A stretch of 64,000 nucleotides of DNA from an uncultured virus (IMG/VR IMGVR_UViG_3300022660_001620) (lineage: Duplodnaviria > Heunggongvirae > Uroviricota > Caudoviricetes). Position 1 is the first letter of the stretch, and every line of letters starts with the position of its first letter. The stretch is from IMG/VR virus record IMGVR_UViG_3300022660_001620, one strand, 5' to 3'. The notes under the pieces are model-generated. The model did no database searches. It was not told the origin of the DNA and saw nothing but the letters and a program-made list of their open reading frames with translations. Positions 56,492 to 64,000 of this stretch are shown piece after piece. Both the position numbers and the translations under genes were made by a program.

Positions 56492-56543
56492 AAAACACCG
56501 CCACGGAAAGCCAGACCGGCCCGCCGTGGCGGTGTTCTTTTTT
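56492..56543. terminator. Terminator at the convergent junction
   Basis: AACACCGCCACGG...CCGTGGCGGTGTT + T run. Confidence 0.7.
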
Positions 56544-56741
56544 GCTCATTCGCAAATTGTTTTTCCAGCGCCGCCACAGAGCGGCGGAAATCCTTTCGCG
56601 TTGCGCGTATGGTATTTTCCCTCACTTGCCTTATAGGACGGCCCGTGCGCCCTGCTGGCCGCCACAAAAGCAGCTCTCCGGCAGCCTTGAAAGCGGGGGC
56701 TTTTCTCCCGCTCCAAAGTGCGGAATTTTTTTCGGCGCTTA

Positions 56742-57224
56742 TTAGGTACGCGCGCGCGAGGCACGGGCCACAAGATCACCCGCGCCGGGCAGCTCCTCCA
56801 GCACTTCACCGAAACGCTCCATAGCCTTTTCGTGCCAATGGCGGGCCGTGCTGTCCGGGGTGTTGGTTCTGGTGGAGATTTTACCCCAACTGTACCCAAA
56901 AACATGGCGCATCAAGATCACCTGTTTGTACCTACCGTTCAGGGTGTCCAGGCAGGCCCGGATATTGGCCGCGTCTGCGGTCAGCTCCCGCTCCTTTTCC
57001 TCGATCTCCCGCAGCCGGTCACCAATTCCGTTTTCCGCGACCCGCATCCCCATTGCTTCCGTCGGTTTTCCCGGCGACGAGCCATGCGGCATCCCATCAG
57101 CCGCCACGCCGCGCAGCCCGTTATATTCCTGTTCCAGTTCCTCGCGCTCCTGTTTCAGCAGCCGCAGCATCCCCGGAATAGCCTTGTAATACATGGCTAC
57201 GCGCTTCACGCTTTCGTACCGCAT
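56742..57224 (-). CDS. ArpU/RinA-like late transcription activator
   Basis: DGMPHGS...KPTE; sigma region-4-like C-terminus LNGRYKQVILMRHV.GYSW. Confidence 0.7.
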   Translation of the reverse strand: MRYESVKRVAMYYKAIPGMLRLLKQEREELEQEYNGLRGVAADGMPHGSSPGKPTEAMGMRVAENGIGDRLREIEEKERELTADAANIRACLDTLNGRYKQVILMRHVFGYSWGKISTRTNTPDSTARHWHEKAMERFGEVLEELPGAGDLVARASRART

Positions 57225-57247
57225 CCCGTCGCCTCCTGTTCCCGCTG

Positions 57248-57880
57248 TTAAGTCAGCGTCCTGCCAAAAATCGGCTCGGTGGCCTCCGATTCGTCCACCT
57301 CCACCGGCTCACCCACCAGGGCGCTCAGTCTCCGGGCAAGCGCCGCATAGCCGTAATAATCCCCGCTCTCGGCGTACCCGCCAAACTTCCTGAAATTATC
57401 CTCCGTGGCCTTGACCGTCACAGCGATACGCTCCTGTCCAAAGCCCAGCACTTTCTTTGTGGAAAGCACATAGATTTTTACCACCGTTTCCGCCGCGTCC
57501 CGCTGTTCGCCCAGCATCCGCCACTCCCGGTTGTTCTTCGGGGATTTGACCGCCGGAAGCACAAAACCGCCCGGCAGCAGATCGCCCAGTTCCTCGTCCA
57601 GTTTTTTCTTGGCCCGCTCCAACCCCACGGCTTTCTTGTTGGTGTCAAAGCGTCCCGCACGGGCGGCGGCATCGTCAACCACCCTCTGCAACCGGCTTTC
57701 GCCAATGCCGTAGCAGTCATTCAGGGCCACGATGAAGCACATCCCGATCACATCAGCCGCCGCCCGCCTGTTTTCGTCCACGCGCTGGCTCTCCGGCTTT
57801 TTCCCGCTGAGAAAATTCCGCTCCGTCTGCCGGACGATGTTCCGCCCGTAATAGATCGGCATCCTGTTCTTTCGGCTCAT
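57248..57880 (-). CDS. Hypothetical phage protein (two G.G..R repeats)
   Basis: ALNDCYGIGESRL and VLGFGQERI. Confidence 0.6.
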   Translation of the reverse strand: MSRKNRMPIYYGRNIVRQTERNFLSGKKPESQRVDENRRAAADVIGMCFIVALNDCYGIGESRLQRVVDDAAARAGRFDTNKKAVGLERAKKKLDEELGDLLPGGFVLPAVKSPKNNREWRMLGEQRDAAETVVKIYVLSTKKVLGFGQERIAVTVKATEDNFRKFGGYAESGDYYGYAALARRLSALVGEPVEVDESEATEPIFGRTLT

Positions 57881-58395
57881 GGTTTTCCTCCTTTTGCCAG
57901 CTCCCGCCAGCGTTTCACTTCTTCCTTGCTGTCTGCCGTGATGATCTCCGTAAACTTCCAGCCCGCAGGCCGGGCAATCAGCTCCAAAAACACCCGCCGC
58001 CGCACGGGGTAATCCCGCTGCATCCGCCGGACGAACTTGCTCTTGACCTCCACGATCTCCACGGTGCCGTCGGCATATTTCAGGCGAAAATCCGCCGTGT
58101 ATTGCACAGGGCGCAGCTTTACACCGCCGTATTCACCGGCGGGGAACAGGGGAAAGCGCGGGTGCGCCTCCCACTCCACGATCTCACCACGGGCCACTTT
58201 GGGCGCAATGGTTCCTATGTAATACTCATACTCGCCCCGGCTGTCAAAGTCACGGCCAGCAGCAGCGGCGGCCTTGACGGCATCGGCCAGCGCGTCCACC
58301 ATGTCGTTGCGCTTCTTCCTGCCCTTGACGATCTGCTGCTCCGCCTGCGCACGATAACGGGGCGGCAAGTCCGACAGCTCCAGGCGCAGCGACAT
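57877..58395 (-). CDS. DUF1064-like PD-(D/E)xK endonuclease
   Basis: FDSRGE..YY; YTADF......EIVEVKS. Confidence 0.75.
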   Translation of the reverse strand: MSLRLELSDLPPRYRAQAEQQIVKGRKKRNDMVDALADAVKAAAAAGRDFDSRGEYEYYIGTIAPKVARGEIVEWEAHPRFPLFPAGEYGGVKLRPVQYTADFRLKYADGTVEIVEVKSKFVRRMQRDYPVRRRVFLELIARPAGWKFTEIITADSKEEVKRWRELAKGGKP

Positions 58396-58967
58396 TACAG
58401 CCCCTCCCGGCGCTGTTCGTCCTGCGTTGCCAGCATATCGGCGGTGTGGAGTGCCAGCACAAGGGGCGTTTTTTTCATGGCGGCGTTGAGCGCACGGCTC
58501 CCGCCACGGAAAGCGTCGTCATACGCGCCCATGTGCCAGCGGATGGCAAGGGCCTCGTCGTCGGTCAGCTTCATGTACTGCTGAATGAGATACACGGACT
58601 TCTCCCCGTGTCCCATGGGCAGACGCTCCTTGACCTCCCAGCCCGGCACATCCTCCCACTGCCCCTGCGCGTTTTTCTTCCGCTTGGTGGTGGGGGAGTA
58701 ATATTCCGCCTTGCAGACATCGTGCAGCAGGGCCACGATGGCGTGGCTCTCCCCGGAATACTCGTCCCGCGTTCTGTAATTCCCGATCAGGGCATAGTAG
58801 ACATTCAGGCTATGATCTACCAGCCCGCCGGGGTAGGCTCCGTGGTGCTTCGTGCTGGCCGGTGCCGTGAAAAAGTCTGTACTTTTCAGCCATTCCAGCA
58901 GCTCCGCCGCGCCCTCCCGGTTGATCTGCGTTTCAAAGATTGCCTTGAAACACTCCGCTTTTGTCAT
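58395..58967 (-). CDS. HD-domain hydrolase
   Basis: APASTKHH...GGLVDHSLNV, ALLHDVCK, GHGEKS, AIRWHMG. Confidence 0.85.
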   Translation of the reverse strand: MTKAECFKAIFETQINREGAAELLEWLKSTDFFTAPASTKHHGAYPGGLVDHSLNVYYALIGNYRTRDEYSGESHAIVALLHDVCKAEYYSPTTKRKKNAQGQWEDVPGWEVKERLPMGHGEKSVYLIQQYMKLTDDEALAIRWHMGAYDDAFRGGSRALNAAMKKTPLVLALHTADMLATQDEQRREGL

Positions 58968-59848
58968 TCCCGTTTCCTCCTTTGCGGTGGTCTTGGTTTA
59001 TGTCCTCCGCCGTGCCAGCACTCGGCCCGGCGTAAGATCACGGTGGTGTGACGAAAACCGGCATCGCTGACCTTGGTTTCCACCCTGTTCAGGGTGTAGC
59101 CGGGGTATTTGTGTTCCCAGTATGCCGCATCGTCTATGTACATGGTGCTGGCATCTTCCAGCTTCTTGCGGCTCCACTTGCTGTCATTGGGGGGCGGGGT
59201 CTTGGGCTTCTCCAGCCCCCGGCTTTGCCTCCAGCTCCGGGCGCACCGCTTGTTTTTGCTTATATATCTAACAAGGCTCTCCACGCTGCCATGGTCAACA
59301 TCCAGGTATTCGCAGCGTGTCATGCCGATTTTCCCGTGTTTATCGTGCCACAGTTCCTCCAGCACATCGCGGTTAAGGCCCTTGGTATGCTGGATGATGG
59401 CGTGGTGATGGTGACGGCCACAAACGCCGCCGTCCTCGGTGATAGTGCTGTACTCCGTGGCAGCTACCCACTTCGGGCGCTCTACCTGGTGCTTGTCACA
59501 CCAGCGGTACAGCCTCTTGATGAAGTTTGTAAAATCCAGATCGGCCCGCTTCGTGTCGCCCGGCTCCGGCAAGTGTTCGTCGCTGTATGTTCCCGTCCAG
59601 GAGAAGTCCCCCTGTCCAAAGTTGGTGTTGACGAGCTGCACATGATACCGCTTTGCCCGGTTGTCGTTGTAGGTCTGTTGGGCCAGGGAGGAGGCTTCTT
59701 TTCTCTTTGCTCTCCGGCTGGCCCTGTGCTGGCTTACCGTCACCGGGTATAGATCGACTTCCATGTACGGCGCTGTGTCGTAGTCCTTGCCGCAGATATG
59801 CTTTTGTTCCCGGTAGTACATCTGGCCCACGACACTCACTCCCTCCAA
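58964..59848 (-). CDS. HUH-type rolling-circle Rep-like protein
   Basis: Motif I WTGTY, motif II GRHHHHAII, motif III LVRYISK; start uncertain (59848 or ATG 59821). Confidence 0.65.
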   Translation of the reverse strand: MEGVSVVGQMYYREQKHICGKDYDTAPYMEVDLYPVTVSQHRASRRAKRKEASSLAQQTYNDNRAKRYHVQLVNTNFGQGDFSWTGTYSDEHLPEPGDTKRADLDFTNFIKRLYRWCDKHQVERPKWVAATEYSTITEDGGVCGRHHHHAIIQHTKGLNRDVLEELWHDKHGKIGMTRCEYLDVDHGSVESLVRYISKNKRCARSWRQSRGLEKPKTPPPNDSKWSRKKLEDASTMYIDDAAYWEHKYPGYTLNRVETKVSDAGFRHTTVILRRAECWHGGGHKPRPPQRRKRE

Positions 59849-60022
59849 CTCGCCACCCCTGAGAGCAGCACACGCTTACGGCGTGTCCCTTAACTTAATG
59901 CTGATATACCAGCCCATTGTCGGCCCTCGCCGACATTGTTTTTTCCCGCCGCCACGGCAGGAACAGGATTTTTCTGCAACCGGCGAGGCCGCGCCGCCAT
60001 GCGACGCGACCGTTTCCGGCTG

Positions 60023-60358
60023 TTAAATTGTCTCGTCCGGCGGCAGTTTCAGCAGCTCTTTGAGCTGTTTCCAGATGCGGAATTGCCGCTTGTCCACCCG
60101 CTCCACACCGTCCCTGATAAGGGACAGGCGGGCGATGATCTGGTCAGAATCCCGGCGGCGCTCCGCTTCGATCTGTCGCTCGATCTTGTTCCTGCCCGCC
60201 GTGCGGGCGATGGTAGTACGGTAGCTCACCGAGAGCGTCCGCCCGCTCAACAGGTGGACATCCAGAGAATACGGACAATCCCCGGTGCCTCTGTCCGTTG
60301 CGGCGATGTACTCCACCTGTTCCGCCGCGATGGTGTAATAGCCCTCAAAGTCGATCAT
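60023..60358 (-). CDS. Hypothetical protein
   Basis: ATGA-coupled in the early operon. Confidence 0.6.
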   Translation of the reverse strand: MIDFEGYYTIAAEQVEYIAATDRGTGDCPYSLDVHLLSGRTLSVSYRTTIARTAGRNKIERQIEAERRRDSDQIIARLSLIRDGVERVDKRQFRIWKQLKELLKLPPDETI

Positions 60359-60510
60359 GCTTCCACCAGCTTTGTGATCTCACGCCCGCAGGCGGGGCAG
60401 AAGTGCCAACCGTTTTCCGCCGGGCCGTCCGCCTCAAAGTTTTCGATGTGGCCGCACTTGGCGCACTTCCAGGCATCATGCTCCGGGTCAATGCAGATGT
60501 ATTCCGTCAT
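60355..60510 (-). CDS. Small zinc-ribbon protein
   Basis: CAKCG...FCPACG; GGAGG RBS. Confidence 0.65.
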   Translation of the reverse strand: MTEYICIDPEHDAWKCAKCGHIENFEADGPAENGWHFCPACGREITKLVEA

Positions 60511-60620
60511 TCCGGTTCCTCCTCCGGCTTGCCGTGCTGGCAGTCCTTGCACTCCACATCCTCGTTGGGGTTATCGCAGGGCCGCTCCTCCCACTCCGGG
60601 CAATTACACTGGTATCTCAT
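60507..60620 (-). CDS. 37-aa Cys-rich peptide (not in the ORF track)
   Basis: MRYQCNCPEWEERPCDNPNEDVECKDCQHGKPEEEPE*; ATGA overlap. Confidence 0.5.
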   Translation of the reverse strand: MRYQCNCPEWEERPCDNPNEDVECKDCQHGKPEEEPE

Positions 60621-60624
60621 TCTT

Positions 60625-61362
60625 TTATCTCCCTTCCAATTCAAGTCGCGCGGCGGCCACTTCCAGCCAGTGCGCGTCGTTGTCTATCCCGATGTACTTC
60701 CTGCCCGCTCGCAGGCAGGCTTCTCCGATTGACCCGCTCCCCATGCAACAGTCGAGAACGGTTTGCCCCTCGTCCGTGTAGGTCAAGATCATTTGCTCGC
60801 ACAGCCAAACCGGCTTTTGTGTCGGGTGCAGATTGGAGCGGCGTTTATCCGTCGGGCCTTTCAGCACATCCCTAGGGTATCTGTCCGTGCTGTCATAGCT
60901 GACATCGCCGTATTTCCCGTACATTTCCCCGTGTCTGCAGTTTCGCTTATGGCTGGCAGTGCTGACCTTTCGCTTGTGGCCGTGGGTCATTTGCGGGTTG
61001 TAGGTGGGCAGACGGTCATAAAAAATCAGGATATTTTCATGGGCTTTCATCGGCATTTTCCGCGCGTTCAAATGCCCGGTTGCTTCGGTTTTCTCCCATA
61101 TCCATTCATACCTGAACTCTTTGAGGTTGCTTACCCCCAGCACCTTGTCAAACGGAGATTGTGCAAACAGCGCCTTTACGCCGCCTGGCTTCACGGCCCT
61201 GTTTGCCGCAGCCCAAAACGCGGCAAGGTCTATCGGCGTGTCCCACTTACAGTTGGTGGTGCCATACGGCAGATCGGTGAAAAGCATATCAACACTGCCC
61301 GGCGCAAGCTGCAGCATCGTTTCTACGCAGTCACCCAGCATAAGAATCGCGTTTTCTTCCAT
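60625..61362 (-). CDS. Orphan N6A/N4C DNA methyltransferase (beta class)
   Basis: TDLPYG, HENILIF, HPTQKP, VLDCCMGSGS. Confidence 0.9.
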   Translation of the reverse strand: MEENAILMLGDCVETMLQLAPGSVDMLFTDLPYGTTNCKWDTPIDLAAFWAAANRAVKPGGVKALFAQSPFDKVLGVSNLKEFRYEWIWEKTEATGHLNARKMPMKAHENILIFYDRLPTYNPQMTHGHKRKVSTASHKRNCRHGEMYGKYGDVSYDSTDRYPRDVLKGPTDKRRSNLHPTQKPVWLCEQMILTYTDEGQTVLDCCMGSGSIGEACLRAGRKYIGIDNDAHWLEVAAARLELEGR

Positions 61363-61372
61363 GCTGAACCTC

Positions 61373-63295
61373 TCATGCCGTGACTGCTTTTTCAAGCTGT
61401 TGCATGGTTTCGTATCGCTCCGTACACCATTCCGGCAGATTCGCCCGGACAAGGGCCGTCGCCATCGGCGGACACACAGCGTTTCCGCAGCGGGCAACCT
61501 GTTTTGTCTTGCCGTACTCGTTGCCCAGGTAGTCCCTGTCAATGATGTAATCAGGCGGAAATCCCATGGCGTTATAAAGCTCTCGCGGGGTCAGCATCCG
61601 CAGCATAATATCTGCGATGAAGTAATACACGCCGCCGATCTCCAGCAAAAGCACATCATCCTCAGCCAGAGAATAGCCGCAGTATTCATTGAGCAGATCG
61701 CGGATTTTCGGCCAGTGCATCAAATCTTTTCCGCCCGCTTTCACAAGACGGGTATGGCAGGCCGCGAACTCACCAGCGGATGCCGTGATCGTGCGCAACG
61801 GCTTTTTCGGGTCTTGCCCGATGTCCTGCCCCTTGAACTCGACGACATGGGCCGCCGTCAGGGCGTTGTGATCTATGGCCGTCACGGTTGGCACAGGCTC
61901 CGCCGCGCCCGCTCCGATCACCCCACCGTAATACTTGCTGATATGTGCGCATACAACGGCTTCCCGGTCATGGCTGGTAACGGTGTGCATCGGTTTTGTC
62001 ACATCCAGCGGCGCCCCGTTCCCGAAATACTCTACAAGCTGGGCCGTGGTCAGACCGTAGCGGTTTGAAGTGTCCGCCGTCGGCAAGGGCGCTGTCATTC
62101 CGTTGGCCCGTACATTTTCGGTTTGCTCTGTGTGATACTGAATCATGTTCGCCGCCACGACACACGCTTCCTGCTTTGTTACGCCGGTTGGTGCCGGGTC
62201 GTTTACATCCCGAATCCGATCACCGCCGCCGGTCTGGCCGATGCTCATAAGGCTGGCCGACGCAAGGATTTGTCCCCCTGCGGTGCGTATTGTGTGTACC
62301 GGCTCTCCGGCATCCGCGCCCACGCTCCCGCCGGTATTACTGAATGTGAACGGTGCCATAACAGGCTCGCACAGGCCGCCGGTATATTTCCCGGTGACGG
62401 TGTTGACCGGCTCCGCCGCGCCCCTTGTGTGTCCGTCCCCTCCGTGGTTACACTCCACAATGAACGGCTCGCCACTGCGGATGGTGAACTTGTCCACACC
62501 GCGAATAACGCGGCGCATCGTATTCTTTGCCAGCGGTCGGACAGCGTTCACGCCGTACTTTTCCTTGATCTCCTGCTTTGTTTCAAACACGGAATAACAC
62601 GGGATGCTCCAGTCGATGATCTCCGCCGCGCTTCTCCACGGAAGCAGTCGCCCGTTCTGTACCTCCTGACTGTCTCTCGGCGCGTGGGTGCGCTCCGGCC
62701 AGACGATGGGCCGCCCGTCACATCTGGCGATCAGGACAAACCGCTTTCGCGTGGTAGGTGCGCCCAGGTCTGCCGCCACAATCTCCCGATGCTCCACGCG
62801 GTAGCCCAGTGCAAGCAGTTGTTTCTTCCACTGTTGAAATGTTTGGCCCGCTTTTTTCTTGATCGGCTTTCCTTTGCGCACAGGCCCCCAGGTAACAAAC
62901 TCCTCGACATTCTCCAGAATAATCACCCTTGGCCGTACAGTACCGGCCCAGCGCAGCACAATCCACGCAAGGCCGCGAATGTTTCTATCCACCAGCGCCG
63001 CGCCTTTTGCTTTGCTGAAATGCTTGCAGTCCGGGGAAAACCATGCAAGGCCGACCTTGCGCCCCCGGCAAACCTCCCTGGGGTCAACATCCCACACACT
63101 CGCCTGCAAATGCTCGGTGTACGGGTGGTTGGTTTTGTGCATCAAGATTGCGTCCGGGTCGTGGTTGATGGCGATAGCCACCGGGCGGCCCGTTGCCAGT
63201 TCCATTCCCGTTGAAGCACCACCGCCGCCGGCAAAATTGTCCACTATGATCTCGTCAAGAAAACTTAATTGACCGCGATAGCTATTGTCTTTCAT
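61373..63295 (-). CDS. Orphan C5-cytosine DNA methyltransferase
   Basis: NFAGGGG, SPDC, ENV, RKR, GNAVCP; repeated P..T(V/I)T units in the variable region. Confidence 0.9.
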   Translation of the reverse strand: MKDNSYRGQLSFLDEIIVDNFAGGGGASTGMELATGRPVAIAINHDPDAILMHKTNHPYTEHLQASVWDVDPREVCRGRKVGLAWFSPDCKHFSKAKGAALVDRNIRGLAWIVLRWAGTVRPRVIILENVEEFVTWGPVRKGKPIKKKAGQTFQQWKKQLLALGYRVEHREIVAADLGAPTTRKRFVLIARCDGRPIVWPERTHAPRDSQEVQNGRLLPWRSAAEIIDWSIPCYSVFETKQEIKEKYGVNAVRPLAKNTMRRVIRGVDKFTIRSGEPFIVECNHGGDGHTRGAAEPVNTVTGKYTGGLCEPVMAPFTFSNTGGSVGADAGEPVHTIRTAGGQILASASLMSIGQTGGGDRIRDVNDPAPTGVTKQEACVVAANMIQYHTEQTENVRANGMTAPLPTADTSNRYGLTTAQLVEYFGNGAPLDVTKPMHTVTSHDREAVVCAHISKYYGGVIGAGAAEPVPTVTAIDHNALTAAHVVEFKGQDIGQDPKKPLRTITASAGEFAACHTRLVKAGGKDLMHWPKIRDLLNEYCGYSLAEDDVLLLEIGGVYYFIADIMLRMLTPRELYNAMGFPPDYIIDRDYLGNEYGKTKQVARCGNAVCPPMATALVRANLPEWCTERYETMQQLEKAVTA

Positions 63296-63567
63296 AACTC
63301 CTCCACGGCCCGCTCCAGCCAATCCATGCACTTGTTTACAGCCTCGCCAGTGTAGGGCTGCACGGCTCTGTCCAGCCTGTCCGGGTCCGCGCCCATCTTG
63401 GCAAGCAGGATCGCCAGCTCCTCGGTGTCCATAACTTCCATCTTGTCAGCGTTGTTCCGTACTACCTCCGGGCAATGCACTTTCCGCGCACACTGGCAGG
63501 CTTTCCCGCCCGGATTTAACAGGTAGCCGGGGACGCTGCATCTATTGCACATTTTCATGTGTGTCAC
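63292..63567 (-). CDS. Hypothetical protein
   Basis: NADKM..MD.EELA...WL motif common in phage early regions. Confidence 0.6.
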   Translation of the reverse strand: MTHMKMCNRCSVPGYLLNPGGKACQCARKVHCPEVVRNNADKMEVMDTEELAILLAKMGADPDRLDRAVQPYTGEAVNKCMDWLERAVEEL

Positions 63568-63577
63568 CCCTCAAAGT

Positions 63578-63844
63578 TCATTCTTCATCGTACCTTGTCG
63601 CGTAATCCCCGGCGGCATAAAGCTCGCATCGCTCCATGTCCGGCCGTCTCACGCAACTGCTATTCATCAGCTTCCCGTTTTCCACTCTTTGCGGCTGATA
63701 GCTCTTGGAGCGTACCACACGGGAGCAGTATCCATCCCCATCCTCTTTGTATCGGTCAAGGTGCTTGCATCCGTGGCAGTTCATGTCCCGCATCCTTTCC
63801 AACGGAAATTTTCGCACTGAAACGCCACCCCCTCCTTGTAACAC
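63578..63844 (-). CDS. Small Cys-rich hypothetical protein (start uncertain)
   Basis: CHGCKHL...GYC. Confidence 0.45.
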   Translation of the reverse strand: MLQGGGGVSVRKFPLERMRDMNCHGCKHLDRYKEDGDGYCSRVVRSKSYQPQRVENGKLMNSSCVRRPDMERCELYAAGDYATRYDEE

Positions 63845-64000
63845 ATCTTCCCGCAGGCGGCGCAGTAGTCACCGCACAGATCGGCCAGAACCTCGTCCGC
63901 AACAGGATTGTCGATGCCATGCGCTTGCCGGACGCTCTCGATCTTCCCGAATACAGTGGTGATGTCCACCACCGCAGCGTCCCGCTCTTTGGTCAGCTTG
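63781..64000 (-). CDS. Hypothetical protein, 3' part
   Basis: Open frame continuing to the window edge. Confidence 0.4.
   Translation of the reverse strand, partial: KLTKERDAAVVDITTVFGKIESVRQAHGIDNPVADEVLADLCGDYCAACGKMCYKEGVAFQCENFRWKGCGT

Larger units (their letters stand above)
18523..64000 (-). mobile_element. Prophage (lambda-like head, P2-like contractile tail), continues past the window
   Basis: Complete lysis-tail-head-terminase module, early genes, sharp GC rise near 18.55 kb; left boundary approximate. Confidence 0.9.

Noticed and set aside
1..64000. tRNA, rRNA or CRISPR arrays
   Set aside because: None recognised by eye; not verified computationally.

Overview
Nested mobile DNA from a Clostridia-type (probably Oscillospiraceae-like) genome. 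There are three compositional blocks, with GC judged by eye. (1) 1-~7800, mid-GC conjugative/mobilisable DNA: the right end of a MobA/MobL + CHC2 + VirE + TnpW element, a virD4 fragment cut at both ends, a second relaxase and an oriT-like site. (2) ~7800-18500, an AT-rich minus-strand cargo operon: TM2 protein, 1034-aa HerA/VirB4-like ATPase with a long Ser/Thr beta-hairpin-like insert, Ig-domain membrane protein, four hydrophilic proteins sharing an N-terminal leader or its motifs (one HNH toxin with an SMI1/KNR4 immunity gene, one apparently circularly permuted TNT/ART-like toxin), patatin and DUF2974 lipases. This is a candidate undescribed polymorphic-toxin export system. (3) ~18520 to beyond 64000, a high-GC prophage with a lambda-like head and P2-like contractile tail, ending in an IS30-family transposase. 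It carries a diversity-generating retroelement (target VR, hairpin, TR, RT; no recognisable avd), a -1 frameshifted tail chaperone, a lipoprotein moron, a putative cos region, an oppositely oriented early/anti-defence operon whose genes are separated by four copies of a covarying pseudoknot-like element, an HUH-type Rep and two orphan DNA methyltransferases. Family calls are from motif recognition by eye; no searches were run.
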